From the NCBI GenBank assembly GCA_965232515.1, contig CBDDPY010000001.1, positions 1 through 38,198 on the forward strand: a stretch of 38,198 bases of DNA, written 5' to 3'. Shown here piece by piece: positions 24,387 to 34,158 of the stretch. Source of the DNA: Alphaproteobacteria bacterium. Its GTDB lineage: Bacteria > Pseudomonadota > Alphaproteobacteria > GCA-2731375. Position numbers and translations under genes: made by a program. Each line of letters opens with the position of its first letter. The first letter of the stretch is position 1. A model generated the notes under the pieces. That model saw only the letters and a list, made by a program, of their open reading frames with translations. It was not told the origin of the DNA and made no database searches.

Positions 24387-25398
24387 GGGCGCTAAAGGCG
24401 ACTTCGCTGATGATACGTCTGCCCGTCTCGCGCTTGAGCTGGATGACGATATCGACGACGTGGCGGGCATAGGCCATGATTTCGTCGCGGCCGAGGCCGA
24501 GATTGGCTTGCATCACCATGAGCGCCAGTTGCTCGAAAGCACCGCGCGGGCTATCGGAATGCAGGGTGGTGATGCTGCCCGGATGGCCGGTGTTGATGGC
24601 GCGCAGGTAGGTGTAGGCTTCGGCGCCGCGTAACTCGCCCTGTAGGATTCGATCCGGCCGCAGGCGCAAGGCCGCTTCGAGCAGGTCTTGGACGTTTACC
24701 CGAGCCCGGCCCTGGTCGCCCTTGGACACAAGGAGGCTCACAGTGTTGGGCTGCGCCACCTTGACCTCCGGCGTATCTTCGATCGTCACCAGTCGCTCAT
24801 GCCGGGGGATTGCCTTGCTGATCGCGTTCAAGAACGTCGTCTTCCCCGAGCTGGTGCCGCCCGAGACAATGATGTTTTTTCTGCCGGCGACGGCCTCGGC
24901 GATAAAGGTGGGAAAGTCGCCGGCGGCGAGCAGGCTATCGAGCCGCTTGTCGAGGGCACTGCGTTCGTTGCCTTGGGAGGCGATGGCGTGCTTGAAGGCG
25001 CCGGCGGCCACATAGTCATCCAGGCTCAGGTCGGTGACGGTCTGCTTGCGGATGGACAGCGCGCCGCCGTGCGGGGCGGCGGGGGGTAGGACGATCTGCA
25101 CCCGCTCGCCGCTCGGCAGCGCGGCCGACAGCAACGGCCTGTCGGCGCTGACCGCCTGATCTGTGTTGCCGGCGATCTGGCGGCCGAGCTGGTGGATATG
25201 ATCGGCGGTAATCTCCGGCAGGTCGTGGCAGGTCATGCCTTGCGCGCCCATCTCTTCGACCCATACTTGGCCTGGCCGGTTTACCGCCACTTCCGATATG
25301 TCGTCGCGGCTCAGCCAGGGATCGAAGGGCTTGAGATAGCGCCGCAGATAGACGCCCTGCTGGATACCGCCGTTGGAGCTTGCCGCCAGGTCGTTCAT
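24379..25398 (-). CDS. virB11: VirB11 ATPase
   Basis: SGGTSSGKTT, TIEDTPE, LRLRPDRI, NTGHPGSITTLH. Confidence 0.97.
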   Translation of the reverse strand: MNDLAASSNGGIQQGVYLRRYLKPFDPWLSRDDISEVAVNRPGQVWVEEMGAQGMTCHDLPEITADHIHQLGRQIAGNTDQAVSADRPLLSAALPSGERVQIVLPPAAPHGGALSIRKQTVTDLSLDDYVAAGAFKHAIASQGNERSALDKRLDSLLAAGDFPTFIAEAVAGRKNIIVSGGTSSGKTTFLNAISKAIPRHERLVTIEDTPEVKVAQPNTVSLLVSKGDQGRARVNVQDLLEAALRLRPDRILQGELRGAEAYTYLRAINTGHPGSITTLHSDSPRGAFEQLALMVMQANLGLGRDEIMAYARHVVDIVIQLKRETGRRIISEVAFSAHA

Positions 25399-26576
25399 CG
25401 CAATTGTCTCGCGATGACGTTGGTGAAATCCAGGTCCTTTGCCACAAAGACGTTGATGCGGGTGCCTTGGTCGATGTGGATAGTCGGCGGGATGTTGATG
25501 CTGTTTTCCAGGGCGATTTCGGCGGAGCGGGAGAAGTCGTCGCCGCCGCTGATCGCCACGTTGGCGCTGTCGTCGCCGATGGCCTCGACGCCGGCTTGGA
25601 TGGCGCCGTCGATCAGCGAGAGCAGGATGGAGTTGCCGAAGCGGCGCCAGAAGTGGGTATCCAGGAAGCCTTCGAGCCCGGCGCGGCCGAGTTCGTCGGC
25701 CCCGGGCGAGCCGACCAGCACCGACACACCGTCTGGCAGGAGCGCTCGGGTCCAGATGACGAACACTCGGGTTTGGCCCTGTACCAGGCCGGATTGGTAG
25801 CGGCCGATCAGGCGGGCGCCGCCGGGAATGAGCAGCCGCCGGCCGTCGAAGGAGTAGACGTCCTGGCTGACCACGGCCCGGACCATGCCGGGCAGGTCCG
25901 ATTGGATCGCGGTCTCCAGGGTGCCGCGTATCATGGTCCCCTGGGGAATGATCTTGTCCAGATTGTCGAGCCTGGTCGCTTCGACCATCGCGACGCTGTT
26001 GTTGTCGGCGCGGCGCAAGAAAGCTTCCTCCCGGGAGAGGTCTTGGTCGCCGGTCTCGCCGAAGAAGGCGGCCGGCTCTTGGCCGTTGGCCGCCGCGGCG
26101 ACGCGTGGTTCAGCCTGTGGGCCCGAACCGCCGCGATCGACGATCAGGATTTCCGAGCGCAGCCGTTCCAGGCGGCGGCGTTCGGCTTCCTCGGCCCGCC
26201 GCATGGCGATTTCCTGAAGCCTCAGTTGCTGTTGACGCTCATAGGGGTCGATTTCGGCCCGGGGGGGCGGTGTCGGCTCGGGGGCCGGCTGCACCGGCCT
26301 TAAAGCCACGGTTTGCGGCGGCGCGACCGTAGGAGGGCGGCTGGCCGGCGAAAACTCTTCTTGATCCGGGTCGGTGAGGCGGACATCGGCGTTCTCGGTG
26401 GGCCAGTTGATCCAGGCCACGACGCCGGCGATGGCAAGGCCGAAAAACACCATTGCCAGCCGCTGGTTGCGGTTGGTGCGGGCAACCGGCGTGATGCCGC
26501 GATCGCCGGCGGCCAGCTCGGGTGTCTCGGGTGGCGTGCCGCCCGGCGGTGCTCCATTGTCGTGCCGATCGGTCAT
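25395..26576 (-). CDS. virB10: VirB10/TrbI
   Basis: N-terminal TM, Pro-rich linker, GTLETAIQSDLPG, IPPTIHIDQG. Confidence 0.95.
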   Translation of the reverse strand: MTDRHDNGAPPGGTPPETPELAAGDRGITPVARTNRNQRLAMVFFGLAIAGVVAWINWPTENADVRLTDPDQEEFSPASRPPTVAPPQTVALRPVQPAPEPTPPPRAEIDPYERQQQLRLQEIAMRRAEEAERRRLERLRSEILIVDRGGSGPQAEPRVAAAANGQEPAAFFGETGDQDLSREEAFLRRADNNSVAMVEATRLDNLDKIIPQGTMIRGTLETAIQSDLPGMVRAVVSQDVYSFDGRRLLIPGGARLIGRYQSGLVQGQTRVFVIWTRALLPDGVSVLVGSPGADELGRAGLEGFLDTHFWRRFGNSILLSLIDGAIQAGVEAIGDDSANVAISGGDDFSRSAEIALENSINIPPTIHIDQGTRINVFVAKDLDFTNVIARQLR

Positions 26577-27451
26577 GACCGCCGGCCTTCTGTCGGCGGT
26601 ATCGGCGTTTGCGACGTGGCCGCCGGTGCGTCGCTGTCTTCGGGCCGTGGGCTGTTGAGGTCGAGGTCGGGCGTGCGCGAGTAGGTCTCATTGTAGATGC
26701 AGGTGACGACGTTGCCGTCGCGCAGGGTGAATTGACGGCCGACGCGCTGCACCACGACATAGTTGCCGTCGACATGATGGTTGACCAGGGCCTCGGTCTG
26801 GTCGGCATTGACCAGGAAGATGGCCGGTGTGTCGGTCTTGGCGGCAAACTCAAAGTAGGTGAACTGGCCGTCGTCGAAGATTCGCTTCGGGACCAACTCG
26901 CGATCGCCGGCGAAGGTGTAATCGAAGTTCCAGGCGGCCGGCGTTACGCCCTCCCGGTCCGCACCGACAAGGGAGTCGCGGTCGCGTTGCGCCTTTTCCT
27001 CGCGATCGAGCAGCAGGCGCAATTCTTCCTCGGGATAGCTAAATTCCAGGCGATAGGCGATGTCGGAGTCCGCCGGCCCGCGGGCCTGGGACGCGCGCAG
27101 CTCGAAAGAATAGATGCGCGCGTCGGTGACGACGTTGAGGTTGGTCTGCGCGTTTTCTTCGATTGGCTTCAGGAAAAGTTTGTTGCCGGCGTTGTTCGGC
27201 ACGATCTGCCACGCGATGCTGTCGCCGATGGAGATGTTCTGAATCGCCTCATCCGGGGCGAAGCGGATCAGCGTCTGATAGCCATAGTGTCCCTCAACAA
27301 TATAGACGGTGTGCTCGGAGTAGACGAACGTCTTGATGCGCGGGTCCATCTGACCGGGCCGTGCGGTTGTATCGGCGAGGGCCGGGACGGCGAGTGCGAC
27401 GCCGGCCAGCACCAGGATCAGTCTCTTCATGGTTGCCTCTTTCATCTTCAT
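26573..27451 (-). CDS. virB9: VirB9
   Basis: Signal peptide, DPRI, NKLFLKP, TNLNVVT, FDDGQFTYFEF. Confidence 0.95.
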   Translation of the reverse strand: MKMKEATMKRLILVLAGVALAVPALADTTARPGQMDPRIKTFVYSEHTVYIVEGHYGYQTLIRFAPDEAIQNISIGDSIAWQIVPNNAGNKLFLKPIEENAQTNLNVVTDARIYSFELRASQARGPADSDIAYRLEFSYPEEELRLLLDREEKAQRDRDSLVGADREGVTPAAWNFDYTFAGDRELVPKRIFDDGQFTYFEFAAKTDTPAIFLVNADQTEALVNHHVDGNYVVVQRVGRQFTLRDGNVVTCIYNETYSRTPDLDLNSPRPEDSDAPAATSQTPIPPTEGRRS

Positions 27452-28107
27452 CGGACCATTTCTTGATCGCGTCGATAGCTGATCACTTCAAAGCCCAGTG
27501 GGTTGCGGAGCCGTTCGGCCAGGCTGGCGGGCCGGGCGACGTAGCGGAATTGGAGGATTGCGACCCAGTGATCGATAGTCTCGCTCTGGCGGTTCCGCGT
27601 CGTGGTCTGGAACCGCACGGAGGCCGTCCGATCGTTCAGAAAGGAGATGGCCTTGATCTGCACGGTGATCGTGCCGTGATAGCCGTATAGGTTGACCGGA
27701 TTGGTGGCACTGGCCCGGTCGTAGAGTTGTTGGTGCAACTCACGCGCCGTGCCCGTGCTTGTGCGCATGACGTGATCGAAATTTTCTTGGATGTCGGCCG
27801 GGTCGTAGGTCTCGCGGGCGGTCAGATGACGCGCGATATTTGCCTTGGTGATGGCCTCATCTTCGGTCAGTTCGCCGGGTTGGAGCCCTTTCGTGACTTC
27901 CATATAGCCGGTGGTCCGATCGACGGTGACGACATAGGGCGCGAACTCTTTCAGCGGCAGGACGAGCACGACGGCAAGCATGGCCAGGATGGCGATGCCG
28001 GCGGAAACGGCCGCGACGATCCAGGCCAGGGTCCGCGAGCGTCGGAGCCGCTGATATATCTCGCGGTCCCAGGTCTCCGCGTCGGCGTAATAGCCCTCTC
28101 TAGCCAC
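27448..28107 (-). CDS. virB8: VirB8
   Basis: TM, LPLKEFAPYVVTVDRTTG, RETY, NPLGFEVISYR. Confidence 0.95.
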   Translation of the reverse strand: MAREGYYADAETWDREIYQRLRRSRTLAWIVAAVSAGIAILAMLAVVLVLPLKEFAPYVVTVDRTTGYMEVTKGLQPGELTEDEAITKANIARHLTARETYDPADIQENFDHVMRTSTGTARELHQQLYDRASATNPVNLYGYHGTITVQIKAISFLNDRTASVRFQTTTRNRQSETIDHWVAILQFRYVARPASLAERLRNPLGFEVISYRRDQEMVR

Positions 28108-29152
28108 GGCGGGTCCTTCCCATCATCTGCTGGACTTCCGGCTTGTTGCCGGTCGGGACGCCGGCGCGGGTGCTGGACAGCGCCCGGCCGGTCTGGCTGG
28201 CGTCGTCGGCGGTCGGGGTCGGGGATCGGTTGCCTCTTAGCCGGCGGCCGAGATTGACGGCCGCGCGCCCGCCGGCATAGACGCCGCTACGGGCGCCGCC
28301 GGCGAGCTTGGTGAGGTTTCCAAACGCGCCCCCGGTCGAGAGCTGGAAGGCGCCGGCGATGCCGGCCGCCCAGCCGATCACCTGAGTCGCCAGCAAGAAG
28401 CTGACGACCATCACCAGGGAGTAGGCGGCCATTTGGGTATAATCGAGGGCTTGGTTTTGAGCTGCGATCAGCAAGGGTGCTGACACGCCGTTCATGATGT
28501 TGATGATAAGCGCCAGCAAGCCGTAGATGAAAATGGGGATCAGCGCGAAACTCAACGTTTGGCGCAACCAGCCTTCAAAGAGCCCGCGCGTCCCGGCGAA
28601 GATGTAGAGCAGGATGAAGATCGGGCCGACGGCCAAGAGGACCGCCGTCGCAAGCTTGGCAAGGACGATGACGAAGAGTGTGAAGCCGACGACGAGCAGG
28701 GTCAGGATGACGAGGGCGAGCCCGAGGAAGAAGGGCGTCGGATTGGTCAGTCCCGCATCCTCGCGCATGAGTCGAAAAGTCTCCCATGCGCGATTGTTGA
28801 TTTGGTCGAGGGCCTGGTTGATGTTGGTTTCACTTGGCAGACTTCCCGTAGCTTGCAGCAGGGTCGTGGCGAGGGCTTCGGGGACATCGGTCGCGAGGAC
28901 GAAAACGGTCTCGATCAACAGCGGTACGTGAGTCACGAAGACATAGACAAACGTGATTGTGAACACCCGGGTCATCCCTTCAGCCCAGGTCAATTGCGTC
29001 CGTCCCATCCAGAGCAGGTAGCCCCAAATCGCGATGTAGAGCACGAAGACCGACCGGATGATGTTGGCCCCTTCGGTCGTGAGCGTATTCCATGCCCCGA
29101 TCACGAAGACATCCACGTTGGCATTTACGGCTTCGAGGACGGACTCGAACAT
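28100..29152 (-). CDS. virB6: VirB6
   Basis: Polytopic membrane protein with LLAVGPIFI..TRGLFEGWL; start MFESVL. Confidence 0.92.
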   Translation of the reverse strand: MFESVLEAVNANVDVFVIGAWNTLTTEGANIIRSVFVLYIAIWGYLLWMGRTQLTWAEGMTRVFTITFVYVFVTHVPLLIETVFVLATDVPEALATTLLQATGSLPSETNINQALDQINNRAWETFRLMREDAGLTNPTPFFLGLALVILTLLVVGFTLFVIVLAKLATAVLLAVGPIFILLYIFAGTRGLFEGWLRQTLSFALIPIFIYGLLALIINIMNGVSAPLLIAAQNQALDYTQMAAYSLVMVVSFLLATQVIGWAAGIAGAFQLSTGGAFGNLTKLAGGARSGVYAGGRAAVNLGRRLRGNRSPTPTADDASQTGRALSSTRAGVPTGNKPEVQQMMGRTRRG

Positions 29153-29177
29153 CGGGGCTTTCCCTTTCGACCGGCGG

Positions 29178-29633
29178 TCAGTTCCCTTGGAGTGGGCTGG
29201 ATCGGTGGGCCTGCATCCAGGGATCGCAGGCTGCCTCGTCCCCTTGTCCGATAGGTTTGAGCATTTCAGCTTCACGGCATTCCCAGATCGGCCGCATCCG
29301 CTGATCCATGAACTCCCACAGCCACGGCTCTTTGACGTGCGCCAGGGTCACGTCATAGCCTTGCCCGCGCAGGCCCTGGACGATCAGATCGGGCATGTCG
29401 CGTAGGCAGAAGTCGGGATCGCCCCTGTTTCCGGGATCGTCAGGGTTGGTGTAATAGCGGTGACACCAACGGTTCCAATCGGGCTTGGTCTGCCGCAGAT
29501 CGTCGTAGAGCTGATCGCGGGGCACGGCCGCGAGCGGATTGGGCGTGGCGTCGGTGGCCTGTGAGCCGGTGTCGTCGCAGCCAAGCACCAGGCCGGCGGC
29601 GAGCAGGACGCCGGCGAGCCGGGGCAGCATCAT
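29178..29633 (-). CDS. Lipoprotein, candidate entry-exclusion factor
   Basis: Lipobox LVLGC; lies between virB5/virB7 and virB6, the usual eex position. Confidence 0.65.
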   Translation of the reverse strand: MMLPRLAGVLLAAGLVLGCDDTGSQATDATPNPLAAVPRDQLYDDLRQTKPDWNRWCHRYYTNPDDPGNRGDPDFCLRDMPDLIVQGLRGQGYDVTLAHVKEPWLWEFMDQRMRPIWECREAEMLKPIGQGDEAACDPWMQAHRSSPLQGN

Positions 29634-29800
29634 CGGGTCTCCACCAATGGCGCCGCGGCGAAGGCGACGTTCACCGGCAGCCGATCGCCGCAGCCCACGC
29701 GATCGAGCGAGGCGGTCGTGGGGCAGGGGGCTTTCAGTTCCTTGTGCGAGGCGCAGCCCCCCAGGGCGGCCAGCACGACGGCCAAGCATAGTGATCTCAT
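29630..29800 (-). CDS. virB7: Small VirB7-like lipoprotein (56 aa; not in the ORF track)
   Basis: MRSLCLAVVLAALGGCASHKELKAPC..CGDRLPVN; GAGG RBS; ATGA overlap downstream. Confidence 0.75.
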   Translation of the reverse strand: MRSLCLAVVLAALGGCASHKELKAPCPTTASLDRVGCGDRLPVNVAFAAAPLVETR

Positions 29801-29810
29801 GGCGGGTTCC

Positions 29811-30566
29811 TCAGTTGGTGGGAATCTCTCCCAGGCGCGTGGGCTGGAAGCGGTTCATGCGGGCATCGGCGCTCGTCGCGACTTGCTGCTGCGTCGCGAT
29901 GGTGCCGTTCAGTTGCAGGTTGACGGCTTGGAGGCGCAGCATCTCGTTCGCCGTCAGGCCGTTCTCGGCGGCGATCCGCGCGGTCAGATCGATGCTGGCC
30001 TTCAGATCGGCCGCGTGGTCGATTTCCGACAGGAGCGTTTCGTAGACCTGGACGCGACGGGCGGTCTGGCCGTAGGCAGCCTCGGAGGTCGCGAGGGTGG
30101 CATAGCTGGTGTCGGTCGTGCGCTGGTGCGCTTGGGCGGTGGGAATGTCCGGGCGGGCGGGCGCATAATCCTCGGCGGTGGCCACGTCGTAGCGTTCGGC
30201 CAGCTCTTGGAATATCCGCTGTACGTCGGAGGCACTGGCCGGGATGCCGGCGGCGTCCAGGATGTTCATGGTTTCGAGCCATCCCGGCGGCACGTAGCGG
30301 CGCAGATCGCGCTCGAGGTCGCCGTTGACCAGTCCACCCAGGCCGCGGCCGCCGGTGATCGCGTTGACCTGCGCGATGGCCTGGTCCAGCTCCTGAAGCT
30401 GGGTTTGATAGGCTTCCTGAAGCTGCCGGACCTGTTCGATGGCCTGCTGGGCCGTGATGGTGGTCTGGACCACGTTGGTCGCGTCGATGACCGGGATGCC
30501 TTGTGCGAAGGCGGCCGATGTGCCGGTGCCGGCGGCGATGACGGCCGCGGCGATAACTCGTCTCAT
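29811..30566 (-). CDS. virB5: VirB5 minor pilin
   Basis: Signal peptide then QGIPVID; AITGGRG; DLKASIDLTARI. Confidence 0.93.
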   Translation of the reverse strand: MRRVIAAAVIAAGTGTSAAFAQGIPVIDATNVVQTTITAQQAIEQVRQLQEAYQTQLQELDQAIAQVNAITGGRGLGGLVNGDLERDLRRYVPPGWLETMNILDAAGIPASASDVQRIFQELAERYDVATAEDYAPARPDIPTAQAHQRTTDTSYATLATSEAAYGQTARRVQVYETLLSEIDHAADLKASIDLTARIAAENGLTANEMLRLQAVNLQLNGTIATQQQVATSADARMNRFQPTRLGEIPTN

Positions 30567-32968
30567 AGGTGGACCCTCCTTTGGTGAAACAGGGGCAGCC
30601 AGTCGTCGGGACGGTCCCCGACATCGGCTCGGATTTCGTCGAGCAGGGCGACGGTTTCCGTGCGGCCCGAGAGGACCGCCAGAATGTCGTCGAGGCCCGA
30701 CAGGTCGAGGCGCACGACGACCGAGTGCGCGCCGTGCTTGATCAGGAAACAGCGGCTGTTATCCGGCAGGGTGCGGACCAGCTCGTATTCGGTCTCAGTC
30801 AGGCCGAAGCCGCGGCAGTAGTCCTCGCGGCCGGCCTTCAGGTTCGGCATGAAAATCTGCGTGGGCGATTGCTCGATAATCGCCGGGCCGACCTTGGTGG
30901 CCAGGGCGTCGCTGGCGGATTGCGAGCCGAAGCCCAGGACACCGTTTTGCTTGCGGATGGTTTTTTCCCAATCCTTGATCCGGGCCGCGAACCAGGGGTC
31001 GTCGAGGGCCTTCCAGCCCTCGTCGATGAAGATGATCGTCTTGGTGCCGTCCAGCAGGCTTTCGACGCGGTGGAACATGTACATGAGCGCCGGCGTGCGG
31101 CTCAGGGGATCGTCGAGGATGTAGGTCAGGTCATAGCCGGTCGTGTCGGCCTCGAAACTCAGCTCGTCGCGTTCGTGATCGAACAGCCAGGCGCGGTCGC
31201 CCTTGCCGACCCACTGGCCCAATCGCGCGGACAGGCTGTCGGGTCCCGGCCGTTCGTGGCCGGTGAACATCTCTTGCAGGTAGGACAGGCGGCGGTGTTC
31301 GGGCGCCTCGCTGTAGTTCGCGTCTACGGCGTCGCGAATTACAGCGCGATCGGTCGGGGTGAGCGGTTGTCGGTCGGCGGGCTGGACGAGCTGGGCCAGC
31401 CATTCGCGCAGGAAGGCCCGGTTGATCGGCGTGTCGTCGAGTTGAAGCGGGTTGAAGCCCGACGACACGCCCGGGCGGATCACGCTGTAGTGGCCGCCGA
31501 CCGCCCGGATGAAGATTTCGGCGCCCCGGTCCTTGTCGAAGAAGACGGAGCGCGGCCGGAACCGCTGCGCCTGGGCCATCAGGAAGGTCAGCACGACGGT
31601 CTTGCCGGTGCCGGACGGTCCGATCACCGTGAAGTTGCCGAGATCGCCGTGGTGGAAGTTGAAGGCATAAGGCGTGCCGCTGGTCGTTTCCAGAAGGGCG
31701 GCGGCGTCACCCCAATGATTGCCGTGCAGCTTTCCGGTGGGGAAGTTGTGCATGGCCGCGAAGCCGCTGAAGTTCGCCGACGAAATGGGGGCGTTGCGGG
31801 CGATATAGGCCATGTTGCCGGGGAGCTGCGCCCAGTAGGCCGCTTCCATGTTGGCGTCCTCGCGCACCGCGAGGATGCCGAGGGTGGTCAGGTCGGCCAT
31901 CACGTCGCTGATGGCCCGGTCCAGGGCGCGCGGGCTCGGAGCCTTGACGAAGGCGGTCAGGTGGTGCTCGCCCCAGACGATGCGGCCCGATGCCGTGTCG
32001 TCTTGGGCGTCGTCGAGCTGGTCCATAAGGGAGGTCGCCTTTTCGTCGGCCACGTCCATTTGTCGGCGCGTGCGAATCAGACTCTCCATCGCCCTGCCGC
32101 GGTCGATCAGGGCGAAGCTTTGCGTGATGACCATTTCATGTGGCAGCCGTAGCAGGCTGTCGGTCATGCCTGGGCCGGTCTCCGGCGGGTATTCTTTGAT
32201 GGCGATCAGCGCGCCGAGGTCGCTGTCGCCATTGACCGGCCCGCGCAGCTCGACCGTCTCCTGGCCGAAGAAGGGCCGCTTGGTCGGCAGGAGACGGTCG
32301 AGCGCCATGCGCGGCAGGCGGATCGGCCGCATTTCGTGATTGACCAGGTAGGCCAGCATCTCCAGGGCCTCCGAAAAGAGCCCGTCCGGCGTCTCGTAGA
32401 CGCCGATCCGCCGTGCCCCGTAGCGGTGCAGGCTGGAGACGATGGAGTCGACCGCATCGTTGAGCGCCTTCAGGTTCTCTTTACGGCTTTGTTCGGCCGC
32501 GCGTCGGTCGGTCTGCGCCGACAGGACGCGCAAGGCTTCCTGGATCAGGCCGATGTTGCCGCGCAGGGGCCGGCGGATGACCGTCAGATACTGGTCGTTG
32601 ACGAAGAGCCGACGCTGACCCAGCTTCGCGCGCCAGGCGTCGTCCAGGTCCCGGCAGAAGCCCGAGAACTGGCCGTCCGGATAGATCGACATGGACATCT
32701 CGCGCCGGATGATGTGGTGGTAGAGCGCGAAGCGGCTGTTGCCGAGCCCCCGGAGCAGGGTGTTGCGCTCGTGCGCGAGTTGGTTGATCTGGTCCTGATC
32801 GGCGGTTTCCCAAGCAAAACCGTCGATCTTGAGGATCTGGAGCAGGTAGCCGTCCTTCGTCGCGATCGTGTGATCATCGACGTGGTGGGTATACGGAATG
32901 AACGCGCTGACACCGACTTCACGGGTCGCGACTTTACCGTTGCGTGTGCGTCGGACAGCGCTGTTCAT
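30563..32968 (-). CDS. virB4: VirB4 ATPase
   Basis: GPSGTGKT, FFDKDRG, IDEGWK, TIRKQN; start MNSAVR. Confidence 0.97.
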   Translation of the reverse strand: MNSAVRRTRNGKVATREVGVSAFIPYTHHVDDHTIATKDGYLLQILKIDGFAWETADQDQINQLAHERNTLLRGLGNSRFALYHHIIRREMSMSIYPDGQFSGFCRDLDDAWRAKLGQRRLFVNDQYLTVIRRPLRGNIGLIQEALRVLSAQTDRRAAEQSRKENLKALNDAVDSIVSSLHRYGARRIGVYETPDGLFSEALEMLAYLVNHEMRPIRLPRMALDRLLPTKRPFFGQETVELRGPVNGDSDLGALIAIKEYPPETGPGMTDSLLRLPHEMVITQSFALIDRGRAMESLIRTRRQMDVADEKATSLMDQLDDAQDDTASGRIVWGEHHLTAFVKAPSPRALDRAISDVMADLTTLGILAVREDANMEAAYWAQLPGNMAYIARNAPISSANFSGFAAMHNFPTGKLHGNHWGDAAALLETTSGTPYAFNFHHGDLGNFTVIGPSGTGKTVVLTFLMAQAQRFRPRSVFFDKDRGAEIFIRAVGGHYSVIRPGVSSGFNPLQLDDTPINRAFLREWLAQLVQPADRQPLTPTDRAVIRDAVDANYSEAPEHRRLSYLQEMFTGHERPGPDSLSARLGQWVGKGDRAWLFDHERDELSFEADTTGYDLTYILDDPLSRTPALMYMFHRVESLLDGTKTIIFIDEGWKALDDPWFAARIKDWEKTIRKQNGVLGFGSQSASDALATKVGPAIIEQSPTQIFMPNLKAGREDYCRGFGLTETEYELVRTLPDNSRCFLIKHGAHSVVVRLDLSGLDDILAVLSGRTETVALLDEIRADVGDRPDDWLPLFHQRRVHL

Positions 32969-32982
32969 TCGGCCCTTCCCGG

Positions 32983-33270
32983 CTAGGGTTGATAGCTGTT
33001 CGCTCTCCAGAATTGGCGGTTGCGGCAGAGTGTCGTTTTGGTCAGCTTGATCCGCCAAAGATCGAACAGGCGGGGGTCCTTCAAACACATCAGGTAGCCG
33101 ACGATGTGGACCGGCAGGCCGACCAGGAAGGCCAGCAGATTGTTGCTGGCCAGGAACAGGATCGTCGTGATGGTGACGTTCGCGACGAAAAAGGTATAGG
33201 TCACGCCCTTGATCATCGGCGGTCGGGTCATTGCGAGAAACAACGGGGCGATCACGGGCCGGTCGCTCAT
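32983..33270 (-). CDS. virB3: VirB3
   Basis: PLFLAMTRPPMIKGV, DPRLF, NSYQP. Confidence 0.93.
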   Translation of the reverse strand: MSDRPVIAPLFLAMTRPPMIKGVTYTFFVANVTITTILFLASNNLLAFLVGLPVHIVGYLMCLKDPRLFDLWRIKLTKTTLCRNRQFWRANSYQP

Positions 33271-33274
33271 GGCT

Positions 33275-33571
33275 TTACCCGGCCGCCGCGGTGAAGGTGT
33301 CAACGATCGCGGCGCCGCCGAAGATCAGGATGATCCCGCCGATGATCGACCCGACCCAGATCCACCGTAGCCGCCCTGTGAGCGCGGCAAAGCCGAGGGC
33401 GGCGACGGCGATCACGGCGACCGTTCGGGCGAAGGTGCCCGTCAGGAAGTTCAACACCATATCGGCGACGTCTTCGACGGGCTGAAGCGTCTGGGCGAGC
33501 GCCGGCTCCGCCGCCAGCAGCAGCGCAAGACCGAGGGCCGCAATCTGGAGCGCCTTGGAGAGGCGGCCTAC
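33275..33571 (-). CDS. virB2: VirB2 pilin (start codon uncertain)
   Basis: EPALAQ processing site and two hydrophobic helices ending FGGAAIV; no canonical start near the signal peptide. Confidence 0.85.
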   Translation of the reverse strand, partial: VGRLSKALQIAALGLALLLAAEPALAQTLQPVEDVADMVLNFLTGTFARTVAVIAVAALGFAALTGRLRWIWVGSIIGGIILIFGGAAIVDTFTAAAG

Positions 33572-33831
33572 GCCCTGTCGCCGTTGGCGAGGCGGACGAC
33601 AAACTCCGCGGTGGTCGGAGAGACTTCGCGAATGAACGTTGCGACGGCCGATAGCTGTTTCCAAGTCCGCAGGTGGCCGCGCTCGGTCTCGATCTCCACG
33701 GCCTGTTCTGGAAATTCCGCGATGATCGCCCAGCCGTTCTGGGTCTGAAAAACCTTGAAGTCCCCCGTGCCCGCCGTTGATGACACCAGACGCAATTGGC
33801 CTTCCGTGATGCGTTTTCGTTTTTTTGTCAT
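33568..33831 (-). CDS. KorA-like (IncW/IncN-type) transfer-operon repressor
   Basis: ITEGQLR..ETERGHLRTWKQL pattern; first gene of the virB operon, directly before virB2. Confidence 0.65.
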   Translation of the reverse strand: MTKKRKRITEGQLRLVSSTAGTGDFKVFQTQNGWAIIAEFPEQAVEIETERGHLRTWKQLSAVATFIREVSPTTAEFVVRLANGDRA

Positions 33832-33963
33832 GTGAACTCTTCATTGCCCCCATCGAGTCGGCTCCTTTTCTCAAATTTCGGGGTGGTGCGGCAACTCCGC
33901 ATGCACGGATGCCCGAGCACGATAGGTTGTAATTGAAATATTGTCGATACAGATTCGTAGATA

Positions 33964-33995
33964 TGTCACTGCAAAATTATTATTTTGCTGTGACA
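33964..33995. promoter_or_regulatory. Palindromic operator in the AT-rich transfer-operon promoter region
   Basis: TGTCACTGCAAAAT-TATT-ATTTTGCTGTGACA. Confidence 0.6.
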
Positions 33996-34158
33996 ATTTA
34001 GGGGTTTTGCCGAAGCAAAACCGCGATATTGTAGACGGAGAGAGTTTGCCGTGATACGCTTGGAGCGGTTAGTTGTCCGACTCAAATCGCGTTCCGGTCG
34101 TGGGCGGATCGTAGCCTAAAGAGGCTCTAAATACAACGCACGCTCGAAAGGAGATTCC

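Noticed and set aside
33275-33874. 199-aa ORF as a single extended VirB2
   Set aside because: The N-terminal half overlaps the KorA-like gene in another frame and does not look like pilin
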